This document shows, piece by piece, positions 48,934-58,752 of a stretch of 64,000 nucleotides of DNA; the stretch's first letter is position 1; every line of letters starts with the position of its first letter. Location: sequence record PP408249.1; one strand, written 5' to 3'. A program made the translations under genes and the position numbers. Under the pieces are notes generated by a model. That model searched no databases. It worked only from the letters and a program-made list of their open reading frames with translations, and was not told the origin of the DNA.

Positions 48934-49211
48934 AATTTATTATAACATTACAATCATACACAACTACAATACAGTTTCTAACTAATGATTTTGTATTATA
49001 TTCTGATAGAAATAGATTATTAGAATTAGGTATATACAATAACAAATTCAACTGTTACATACATATCAATAACTTTAATAATAACAATATAATCATGTGT
49101 TATCTTCAGCATATAATTTATACAATACACATTCATCCCTTTGTTTTATCGATGTGTAATAGTAATTGGTTATCAGTTAATACAAAATGTTATTCAAGAA
49201 GACTTTACTAA
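48930..49211 (+). CDS. Small-ORF family member
   Basis: MKFIITLQSYTTTI..MCYLQHIIYTI. Confidence 0.7.
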   Translation: MKFIITLQSYTTTIQFLTNDFVLYSDRNRLLELGIYNNKFNCYIHINNFNNNNIIMCYLQHIIYTIHIHPFVLSMCNSNWLSVNTKCYSRRLY

Positions 49212-49229
49212 AGCAATAAAGATGAATGA

Positions 49230-49635
49230 TAGAAATCACTATAACACTATAACTAATGAGTGATACTAATAGACAGAAACTATAGTGTAACAACCAATGA
49301 GTGATAATACTAATAGATATCGATACACTAATACTGATAGATAGCGATAATGTACAAATAATGAATGATAATACTAATAGTGTACAAATAATAAGTGAAT
49401 TATATAGTACATTCTTTGGTGAATACTGATAATACCAATAAACAGCTATAGTGTACAAATAATGAGTGATAATACTGATAGATACTAATACTAATACTGA
49501 TACTAATAGATAGCTATAGTGTACAAATAATGAGTGATGATACTAATAGATAGCTATAGTATACAAATAATAAGTGATACCGATAGATAAAAATTATAGT
49601 GTACAAATAATGAGTGAATTATATAGTACATATTT
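49230..49635. repeat. Degenerate ~40-nt tandem repeat (minisatellite)
   Basis: About 6-7 imperfect copies of atgagtgataatactaatagatagctatagtgtacaaata. Confidence 0.85.
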
Positions 49636-49684
49636 CGGTGAACCCTAACATCACCGAAGAAAGAAGGACCAAAATTTTGGAAAT

Positions 49685-49884
49685 CTTGCTCTATAGGTCC
49701 CATTCATTTTCTTCCCAGTTACATTTATATTCTTTCAGTTTCTAACCATTTCTAGCCATTTTTATAGATTTTTTTTTGGAAAAATCCGTTTTCTGCTATA
49801 TAGGGACCTTCTTATAAAATATAAGTTCTTTTTCAATAAAAAATATTTTTTTTGAAAATTTCCAATTCTTGCTATATAGGCCGG
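49685..49884. repeat. Three copies of a tgct(a/c)tatagg motif flanked by A/T tracts
   Basis: cttgctctataggtccc 49685, tctgctatatagggacc 49792, cttgctatataggccgg 49868. Confidence 0.65.
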
Positions 49885-50030
49885 TTTCATTATATATACC
49901 CGTTTGCATAACATATACGGAATATAGTATGCTATACGTATATAAACCTTGACTCTATACAACTCACTTACTGTACGCTTGTTAATATAATTCCATTTCG
50001 TAGTATAACGTATATACAGGAAAACTAGTT

Positions 50031-50300
50031 ATGGATCTGATACTATTTCTTCAACATAATACTGTAGAGATGGACTATAGTGAATGGTACGTTCGTCTTA
50101 ACAACAAGAATGGAAATAATATAGCTATGATTACAGGTAACGGTCTTAGACTGTATTATAGAAATATCAATTGCTTACTTGGTATTCTTCATTTACAATA
50201 CTGTAATTATAAATTTTTCATGCATACGGACAATTATATTTCTTTTACTTTTGCTAATAATAATAGGTTTGTACATGAAATACATGTTGATTTGAAATAA
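50031..50300 (+). CDS. Small-ORF family member
   Basis: MDLILFLQHNTVEM..ILHLQYCNYKF. Confidence 0.75.
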   Translation: MDLILFLQHNTVEMDYSEWYVRLNNKNGNNIAMITGNGLRLYYRNINCLLGILHLQYCNYKFFMHTDNYISFTFANNNRFVHEIHVDLK

Positions 50301-50303
50301 TAT

Positions 50304-50609
50304 ATGGATTTCATACTATTACTTCAATCTCATTGCAATGAGATTGTATATACCAAACAAATCATTGATATGCTTAATGCGCATGATAGGCAGTTCGTAT
50401 ATGGAATTACGTTGCCTATGGGGAGAAAACATGTGTCATATAATGCATATTGTTTGTATAATAATTTATGTGATGTGATAGGGTTATTGCATATGCAATC
50501 TATTCTATCATTAATAGAAGTTAAACATTTAAAAACATTTTCTGGTAAAACAGATATTATTGTTAATATGGTGTTTGTTAACGGTTATCTTCAACATGCT
50601 ATATTCTAA
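50304..50609 (+). CDS. Small-ORF family member
   Basis: MDFILLLQSHCNEI..LLHMQSILSLI. Confidence 0.75.
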   Translation: MDFILLLQSHCNEIVYTKQIIDMLNAHDRQFVYGITLPMGRKHVSYNAYCLYNNLCDVIGLLHMQSILSLIEVKHLKTFSGKTDIIVNMVFVNGYLQHAIF

Positions 50610-50625
50610 TAGTTGTGTCTAATAT

Positions 50626-50910
50626 ATGGACTTAATATTATTATTTCAGTCTCGTTGTCGTAAGATTTGGTATTCAGATTATATTATAGATATGATCGAC
50701 TATAGTGATTGTACTATAGTATCGTTATTACGCCCGCCGAATGGGCGTATGTATGCCTATTGTTCGTGTAATAGTATAAACAACGAAACTAGTATAATGC
50801 ATTTGCAGAATAGCATACATTCATTACAAATAAGTTATAGTACCCGTTCTATAATATGTCGTATGACTAATGTGTATGAAGATCTAATTCAATATATTTG
50901 TATACTTTAG
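50626..50910 (+). CDS. Small-ORF family member
   Basis: MDLILLFQSRCRKI..IMHLQNSIHSL. Confidence 0.75.
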   Translation: MDLILLFQSRCRKIWYSDYIIDMIDYSDCTIVSLLRPPNGRMYAYCSCNSINNETSIMHLQNSIHSLQISYSTRSIICRMTNVYEDLIQYICIL

Positions 50911-50912
50911 TA

Positions 50913-51188
50913 ATGTATTTTATCTTGTTTATACAGAAATTGTGTTGTTCGATTAGAAGGGCATCACACGGGTTTGATATTCTTGATACAAATGAAGTAG
51001 CATATTCATTAATAGATCATCATGGTTTCAGTATGAAACATTTCGTTTCATACTCTGTTATAAATGATGTAATAGGAATTATACATTTACAAGTGCATAC
51101 AAATAAGTTATATTTTCTTCATGAAAAACATCAAATGGATATGATTTGTTTTCTAGATAGTAAAGGCGGTCATTTTTTTAGTTTGTAG
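50913..51188 (+). CDS. Small-ORF family member
   Basis: MYFILFIQKLCCSI..IIHLQVHTNKL (ATG 50913; track starts 50898). Confidence 0.7.
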   Translation: MYFILFIQKLCCSIRRASHGFDILDTNEVAYSLIDHHGFSMKHFVSYSVINDVIGIIHLQVHTNKLYFLHEKHQMDMICFLDSKGGHFFSL

Positions 51189-51200
51189 AGGGCGGAATTT

Positions 51201-51464
51201 GTGCTATTAATATTAATGCTTCAGCGTAATGTCGAATGGATTCTTGATGTTGATTGCGAAATTCGACTTGTTCTGCCCGATTATAATACGTTATATCGTT
51301 TTCTAATTCAGATACAGAAAATTAATGGGTATCTAAATTGCCATGCTAGTAATGACATTGTAGGTATGTTTTATTTACAGTACAATTGTGATACTATATC
51401 ATTTGATAGATTTTATGAATTTATGATACTAAACCACAATGGCGTAACAATTTATGGCTGGTGA
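51201..51464 (+). CDS. Small-ORF family member
   Basis: LLILMLQRNVEWI..MFYLQYNCDTI. Confidence 0.7.
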   Translation: MLLILMLQRNVEWILDVDCEIRLVLPDYNTLYRFLIQIQKINGYLNCHASNDIVGMFYLQYNCDTISFDRFYEFMILNHNGVTIYGW

Positions 51465-51760
51465 CTAGTATGGATATTATATTAATCCTTAGCAGTGAAG
51501 TTATAAGAATACAAGGTTGTTTTTATGATATAGAAACTTTACAAATAAGGTTCTTCAATAAATACGACTCAATATATTTTTGTAATAAAATGGGAGGATT
51601 TGTTAACTATAAAACATTTCCCAATGAACTACTAAGTATAATTCATTTGCAGCAGAATACACACAGGTTAATAACACACAGTAAATGTATATTTTTTGAT
51701 AGTGTGGATTTTATTTCTATTCACTGGGAGACTTTGTTTGACACAAACGAATATGTATAA
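51461..51760 (+). CDS. Small-ORF family member
   Basis: MDIILILSSEVIRI..IIHLQQNTHRL. Confidence 0.7.
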   Translation: MTSMDIILILSSEVIRIQGCFYDIETLQIRFFNKYDSIYFCNKMGGFVNYKTFPNELLSIIHLQQNTHRLITHSKCIFFDSVDFISIHWETLFDTNEYV

Positions 51761-52004
51761 TGATATGAATTATATATTACTAATTAGTAACCAGTCTAAA
51801 TATATTTCGTTGAAGGCACTTGGATTAACTGTAAACACACGTGATACAAGGTTATCTCATTATATTATATTTTAAATATGAACGAAGAATATGATATATT
51901 ATATTTGTCTAACAATACTATGCAAATAACATTTCGTTTTTCAGTATATTATTTTTATGATAAAACTCATAGTATTATATATTGTCAATAAGACAGAAAT
52001 ATAA

Positions 52005-52277
52005 ATGGATTTAATATTAACACTTCAGCATAAAACTGTGCTAATATCGCAATTTAGTGCATTATTTGTATTTCAAAATATAAACAGTGATACTATATTT
52101 TGTTTGGATATAAGTAGACATGTATATTATTTCGAAATAATATTCAGGTTATATAATAATAAGAATGGCATGGTGTATTTGCAACATGCCATTAATTCTA
52201 TTAAGTTTACCTTTAGTTTACAATATCATACAATTCGTGGATATTCTAGTATACCATCTATATATATATATGTATGA
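52005..52277 (+). CDS. Small-ORF family member
   Basis: MDLILTLQHKTVLI..MVYLQHAINSI. Confidence 0.75.
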   Translation: MDLILTLQHKTVLISQFSALFVFQNINSDTIFCLDISRHVYYFEIIFRLYNNKNGMVYLQHAINSIKFTFSLQYHTIRGYSSIPSIYIYV

Positions 52278-52322
52278 TAAAAAATATGCTATTGTACACG
52301 TACCATATGTTAGGAATACTTA

Positions 52323-52619
52323 ATGGATCTTATATTATACATTCAGTACAGTGCTCATAAAATAGAAACTGTTTATAAATCATATCTATTATATAATAAA
52401 CATTCACTTTATTACAGACTGTCTGTATATAAGAGATTATTGATACCATCAGGTAGTAAATCATATGCAAGGGCTTCGGCTGAATATTCTGCTATTACAG
52501 ACAGAATAGGGATGATACACCTACAATCGAAAACACACGCAATATTATTTGTTATGGACGGTATGTGCATTCACGACAAATTATATCAAACACTCCATTA
52601 TATTATACCAAAGTCATAA
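52323..52619 (+). CDS. Small-ORF family member
   Basis: MDLILYIQYSAHKI..MIHLQSKTHAI. Confidence 0.75.
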   Translation: MDLILYIQYSAHKIETVYKSYLLYNKHSLYYRLSVYKRLLIPSGSKSYARASAEYSAITDRIGMIHLQSKTHAILFVMDGMCIHDKLYQTLHYIIPKS

Positions 52620-52899
52620 TGTTCATAAGTTTTATATTGAATATTCAACGATATACTTCTATTATAGAAATAGTTTCGTATAGTAATATAAAATTTTGTA
52701 GTTTTCGTCAGTATCCTTTTTATAATGTGATATATGAAATAATTCCACCGTGCAGCAAATGTTTATACGACTACAATCAAATCTACATATTATCTATTTT
52801 AATTCTGCTTATGATAGTATAGTGTTTTGCGATAAAGACAACGACAAAATACATTGCTGCTTATGGTAGCGTGTTTGCATTTAACGCAAAAACATGTTA

Positions 52900-55800
52900 T
52901 ACAGTATTGTTTGTTGAGTATTTTGACATTGTTGTTTCTAAAAATCTTTTATATAAAGGATTAATATGCATAATATATTTAAATTATCATATTGTACAAA
53001 TATGTTTAAATTTAAAATATTATGGGATCAAAAAGTATACCTATGCTCGTTTATGTCATTGCGGTATACTACCCTATATATTTCTGCAGGTCGTATCAGA
53101 TAAATGGTAACAAATATATTAGAATTAATGTATGTATGTCACCATACATATAATATAACAACTAACGGCTACTATAACATTATCTTCTTAAATAAAGATA
53201 ATAATATTATCTTTGTTTTGTATTAAAACAAATGGGAATATTTCTCTTATCACGCAATACTTGCTACATTTATGTTATACATGTCAGACGTATTGTATAC
53301 AAGATTAAAATGTATGACAGACATGGCAATTGTGTGCGTACAATTAATGTTATCTAAGAACATATTAAATTATATAGAATTTGGTTGTATGTAATACAGT
53401 TTAATAATGGCAACAGATATTGATAAAATAACATACATTTCATTTAACTCATGCTATATATCAGTTAATCGTTTTAGTGTTATTATATATTATGAGTACG
53501 GTAGATTGATTTTATATGATGATACCCCCGGGCTTATATAAGAACGTATTCTACATACAGTATAATGTGCGTCATATAAGCATATATTATTTTGATGCAT
53601 GCGAATGTAATATATTACAGGTAGAATGCAATAATTTTCTTACTCTAACATATAAATTAAATGAAAAAACCAATAAGTAATATAGTTGAATTATCGCTTA
53701 ATACGCACCGGTTTAATACCAATTATATAACTAGTGCTCATTGTTTAGTATTTTATAATGTGTCGTCATATCCTATACATTATGTTCGTTTACACACAAA
53801 CAAGCGTTAACACTTATGTCGCCGGAATTAATTCATAATCATAATATAGTTTGTATTCAACACTATCTTAATAGATGGTATACTAGAATATCCCCAACAG
53901 GGATTAATGTGTATTCAGATTCATATGTTAGAATTAGAATAAATGTTCATAAATAAAAATATTATAAATCACGATATACATTATGATATGTTGCAGGTAT
54001 CTTCATGCGCACATATAATAGATTCATCGCTATGTAGCACGTATCTATTAGCATGCATTTATAATAGTAATGAAAAAATTATTATAATTAGTGTTGCATA
54101 TCTAAGATGAATGGTATAAAAGATATAATAGAATTTTCATCGCATGCATACGAAATATGTGCCAATACAGCAAGACTTAGAGATATAGTATACTACTCGA
54201 TACTCATAAAGGCAAAAGACGGTCTTGCATTTTATATGGTAGACTCGTTTGCATATATAACATGACTAGTATCCTTGAATGTTCTTACAACACTTCTAAT
54301 ATTGTGTTTCGTTTTTGTAAAAACAGTGGCATTTTAGTTGTGAACTTTCTAAACAAAAATGCTGACATACATTTCATTGTAATAATTAGATACAAATAAA
54401 CATATCGTTAATTACTAATACATGAGAGTAATAAATGAATAGAGCAGCAAAGAAAAATGTTTCTATATTTGTTATTCAGAATCATACTTTTAGAGTTCAT
54501 GTTGTGCGATATGATTCTGCGAGAATTTCAATATATCTCTCACTTGTACATAATTGCGTTGCATCTTAAGAACTATATCTGCATAATGTAGATTACATTT
54601 GCATGTATAGGATTATCTTTCATATAATATATGCTTATTAACTATACGACATGTATTGAATTACTTTATAGTATTGTATGATTCGTAAAAATATAGTTCT
54701 AATATCACACAACACGTCAAAAATAATATTAGAAAGAAGAACAAGTAAAGTATTACGTGTTTCTATGTTTAAATCAATCGGAAAATACTACTACCATTAT
54801 TATACGGCGTGTGGAAATATATAATGCAAGATCATCATTTCACTACACTGTTGTATATGTCTAATCGTGCAGATAAAATAAAGATTTTTCGACAGCCTTC
54901 CTGTCTTATTGTATATATTAAGTCAGGTATGTTATATATTAATAAACAATTCTTAAAATGTTAGAATATATAGATACTCTCAAATATAATTACATTTTAA
55001 CTGTATGCAGCGGTGTAGAGTCTATATCATTTGAATCATTTACTAGATCAGTGATATCAGTTTCCATAATATATAATAATATTACTATCTTTCCGTGCCA
55101 AACTACACGAACTATACTGTATGGTGTATAATCTTATTTTTATTTCTTGTAATGCTTCTTTAATTAGTTTTTCTATTTTTAATAAAACATTTGAAGTTTA
55201 TATTTATGGAAAAATGTTATTAGTAATTTATTATACAGGACTGCATATATGTTAGATATATTGCTACGGTTCCAACGTAGAGTGGATACAATTAAGGTGG
55301 AGTTAATATGGCGTCACTTGCATTTTTATGAAAAAGCCGGCGAGGAATTTGAGTTATTTCATGCTATAATTCTGCCGCCTGATCACCGAAGTATTAATTA
55401 ATAAAATTCTATAACAAAAACAAGGTGTATTTTTCGGCATTAAAAATTTATGAATAAAGATACAAACAAAGAATCACCTATTATTAAAGAATTACATTTT
55501 ATATTAAGATTGTAAGTAAAATAAAATACTTTTAGAATCTAAAACTAAAATGATCGATTGGGTATTTAAATTGTCTGCTAGTTGCTACCGAATAGACGGA
55601 CAATATAGTGAGTCGATAAAAATATATAATTCATATTGCCTTTTAGGAACTATACAATATTATTGTGCTCAGTTGAAAATAAATTTATATAAATTTTAAT
55701 ATTGTGGGAAGAATTCTTTTAAATAGGCATACTATATGAATGATCTATTACAATACCAACTCACATTATGTTCCATATCTTTGCAGAAAGCTCGTTTTAA

Positions 55801-56020
55801 GTCAGGCAATGTGTATTACATTCTAATTGAACGTAACGACAGCGGTAGGTATTCCCGAGATGTAAAAATACTTAAATGATATGCATATATTTGTAATATC
55901 ACAAAATTGCATGACTATAAGACTTTTTTATCATACATATTTCATTAAAGATGTAAATTATGATTCAATTTGTGTATTATATAAAACGAATAGCAGAATT
56001 GTAATACATCCGAGTTTTAC
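52900..56020 (+). pseudogene. Tract of very short or decayed family-like ORFs
   Basis: About 3 kb with no ORF of 60 aa or more in the track beyond ~53.1 kb, yet family-like starts persist (MLDILLRFQRRVDTI ~55249, MIDWVFKLSASCYRI ~55550). Confidence 0.5.
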
Positions 56021-56395
56021 AGTAGATGAATATATTCGATCTGTCTTATAATTCTTCATTTATTTTGATGAAATCGAATAGATTATACATTAGTAACTAT
56101 AATTATTCTGTAGGGGCTACATATGTATTACCTGCAATAACAAAATATATACATCAAACATTCTATGTAAACGCTGCAATATATAGATTTTTAGATACAG
56201 GTATACTAGTATGAAATTCAATATATTTAAATTGCAAAGAGGATGTCACATTATAGATTGTTATTTTTATGACATTCTTAGATTTTCAAAACCTACATAT
56301 TTTCGAGATGCTGATAGAATAACTATATTTTCATTAATAGGTACTAATAGTATCAGAATTTACGAGGATATGTATAAAGGATATGCACAAACCAT

Positions 56396-56680
56396 ATGAT
56401 TGAAATATTAATATTTTCGAGTGTTAGTGATTATATTAATATAAGCCATGATATGGCACGGCTATATAATCTTAATGGTGTTAGTGAATTAATATTTGCA
56501 TCAAAACCATATAAGTATATTATATTAACTAATTTAAAAAATCGTATAGGTATATTCTGTATTTCAAATATAATAAGTGAAAGGGTGATGGGAGATATTA
56601 CTAGTAATGAATGTTGGGCTTATCCTTGGCCTCCAGATACTGGCATAGATGTATATATTGATTTCCTGTATAAAAATTGA
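56396..56680 (+). CDS. Small-ORF family member
   Basis: MIEILIFSSVSDYI..IFCISNIISE. Confidence 0.6.
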   Translation: MIEILIFSSVSDYINISHDMARLYNLNGVSELIFASKPYKYIILTNLKNRIGIFCISNIISERVMGDITSNECWAYPWPPDTGIDVYIDFLYKN

Positions 56681-56744
56681 TGAGCTTTCTACTAAATACA
56701 CAATATAACCATAGACAAATAAGTGCATTATGCTAATATATACA

Positions 56745-57160
56745 TGCTTACTAAACAGTTACTTGTTAAGTAAGTTAAAAAGTCTGTAACAGTGATGTTA
56801 CAGGATACACAGGCAAATACGGTTGGAAGATGCTGTGTAAAGAACAAATATCCAGCTCATTCCTAGGCATAATAGCCTACACAATATATTTGAATGGGCA
56901 TAAAAACTTCCAAAGAACCTTCGAAATTTTCTTATAGGATAGTGTATTAGAAGGAATGCACTATCAGGAAGCTGTAGGTGATGGTTGCTATCCCAGACAG
57001 TCCTTTCTAAAATACTTTAATATGATATAAAGTTCTATGCAACCATATACATGCTGTAAACTATGCATACACCATGTATTAAACGTAAAAGCAAAACCTT
57101 CAGTTAGTAATCTCGCAGTGAAGGGGGTAGGTGAGTGCTACCCAAACTCAACAAACAACT
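56745..57160 (+). ncRNA. Candidate structured RNA or long structured 5' leader
   Basis: TAGACA-16-(TG)TAATAT promoter at 56712-56739; hairpins at 56784-56803 and 56938-56965; two loop-to-downstream pairings (pseudoknot-like). Confidence 0.5.
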
Positions 57161-57186
57161 AATGGTCTAGAAAAGGTATAGTATAC

Positions 57187-57594
57187 ATGCAACATACTCA
57201 CATTCGTTTCTACAACGAAGAAACTCAACAGATCGATAACCGCCGTGGCGCTACTGTTGCCTGGGAAACCGCCGGCAACAAGATCCGTATTTCCGTAGCA
57301 GCATGTTCGGAAATGGATAACTTCAACCGCAAGACCGGACGTGAACATGCTGCTAGCCGTCTCGAAAGCGGCGACTACATCGAGTTTAACGGCACCGAAC
57401 TTCTTAATGCACAGATGTCTTCTGTAAGTCATGTGCAGTCTGAAGGTCTCGTTCGTGCTATGTGCTTCTTGCTAGCACAAGGCAAAGGCGATCTATATTA
57501 CCCGGCAAGCGAAGGTCAGCTTCGCAGCGAAGCCGAGTGCAATAGCTACAACGCCCTCGAGTACCTGAAACACCAAATGGGCATTCATCAGTAA
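57187..57594 (+). CDS. Hypothetical phage protein (relatively GC-rich codons)
   Basis: 135 aa; SVAACSEMDNFNRKTGREHAASRL motif. Confidence 0.85.
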   Translation: MQHTHIRFYNEETQQIDNRRGATVAWETAGNKIRISVAACSEMDNFNRKTGREHAASRLESGDYIEFNGTELLNAQMSSVSHVQSEGLVRAMCFLLAQGKGDLYYPASEGQLRSEAECNSYNALEYLKHQMGIHQ

Positions 57595-57608
57595 GTATTC
57601 GGCCATTT

Positions 57609-57649
57609 GGAATTGCGATTTAGGTTTTGGAATTCTAAATCGCAATTCC
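57609..57649. repeat. 15-bp perfect inverted repeat
   Basis: ggaattgcgatttag / ctaaatcgcaattcc with 11-nt loop, immediately after 57187..57594. Confidence 0.8.
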
Positions 57650-57942
57650 GGTTTCCAAATTCAATTTTAGGCACAAACTCGGATCCGCATTTGCATTTTG
57701 CATTTACATTTTGTGTTCTGAGTGTATATGCAAAATGCAATCGCGCATGTTGTCGATGCATTGGCTAATCTTTTATTTTTGATAGTTTAGAAAAGATTAA
57801 GAACAGAAACTATCTGTAAATTAATAAAAATAACATTTACATTACATACACATATGCATATACTATATACAAGTTATGCGCTGTTGCATACGTAAATACC
57901 TCCTATGTTGTTTAGATATGTCGATTCTGGTATAACTAGATA

Positions 57943-58148
57943 GACCTAAGGATGATGCTAGTGATTCCTTAGTATTGTATATTCTAGCTGAGTATAAAGA
58001 GTAAGGGGCTTTATACAAATAACAATTCCCTAGGCAAGATATACCGCTCCGTTGTGCTGACGAGCATAATTTGCCCAGATACAGAGCACGTGACTGGTCT
58101 GAGGAGCATTTATATCAGAAAGGCAGACTTATGTTTGCCTTTCTTTTT
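57943..58148 (+). ncRNA. Candidate small RNA ending in an intrinsic terminator
   Basis: TTGTTT-17-TATAAC at 57908-57936; several stems; terminator agaaaggcagac-ttat-gtttgcctttct-tttt at 58117-58148. Confidence 0.4.
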
Positions 58149-58167
58149 GAGCAGATATTCTCTTATT

Positions 58168-58380
58168 CACTTCCTTATTCATTTCTTTATTCATCTCTAT
58201 TTCGTTTGTCACTTCCTTATTCATTTCTTTATTCATCTCTATTTCATTTGTTATTGCAAATAAGACTAATTCTTATTTGCGTTTGTAATTTCATTTGTTA
58301 TTGCAAATAAGACTAATTCGTATTTGCGTTTGCAACGAAAAAGAATATGCAAATAATAACTAATCTTATTTGCATTTGCA
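58168..58380. repeat. Nested direct repeats with palindromic cores
   Basis: 36-nt repeat at 58168-58203 and 58210-58245; 32-nt repeat at 58241-58272 and 58288-58319; gcaaataag..cttatttgc palindromes. Confidence 0.85.
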
Positions 58381-58534
58381 CTGCCTAGTATATGGATTGG
58401 TAGCATACTTGGAAATGGATAGTAGATAAGTAGTTGATTTGTTTATAAATTATAATTCTACACCATACTGATTGACCTTGCTATATATAGCTCGCGCGCG
58501 TATGCAAGATGGTAAAAAATAATTTAAAAATATT

Positions 58535-58669
58535 TTAAAAAATGCTTGACTTTCCATTACTACGACCTTAAAGTGCGAACTGTAGACGCAGTGTGTAGAG
58601 CGCTACATAGTAAGCAACGCAGAAAGTAAACAAAAAATGCTTGACGCAATGCAAACTAGGCTCTACACT
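58535..58669 (+). promoter_or_regulatory. Tandem strong sigma70 promoters with UP-like A-tracts
   Basis: AAAAAATGC-TTGACT(58546)-17-TAAAGT and AAAAAATGC-TTGACG(58641)-17-TACACT. Confidence 0.8.
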
Positions 58670-58752
58670 GTATACAAGCTTAAGGGGTAAGTGCCCCGAA
58701 AGTGTAGTAAGTAAACAACATAATCCTTCCATCAGCTACAGAGGTATACAAC

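Noticed and set aside
49177-49635. Possible CRISPR array or low-complexity protein (49177..49458, minus)
   Set aside because: Repeats are contiguous and degenerate with no unique spacers and no cas genes; the ORF is a by-product of the repeat and other copies contain stops.
56745-57160. tmRNA
   Set aside because: No tRNA-like acceptor/T-arm ends or CCA, and no convincing tag reading frame ending in Ala-Ala.
58057-58148. Two CUGANGA strings suggesting a hammerhead ribozyme
   Set aside because: Neither is followed by a proper stem II closing onto GAAA, and stem I cannot form.
58054-58310. ORFs 58054..58263 and 58071..58310, and a short minus-strand MNKEMNKEV frame
   Set aside because: Arise from tandem repeats, cross a terminator, and lack start signals.
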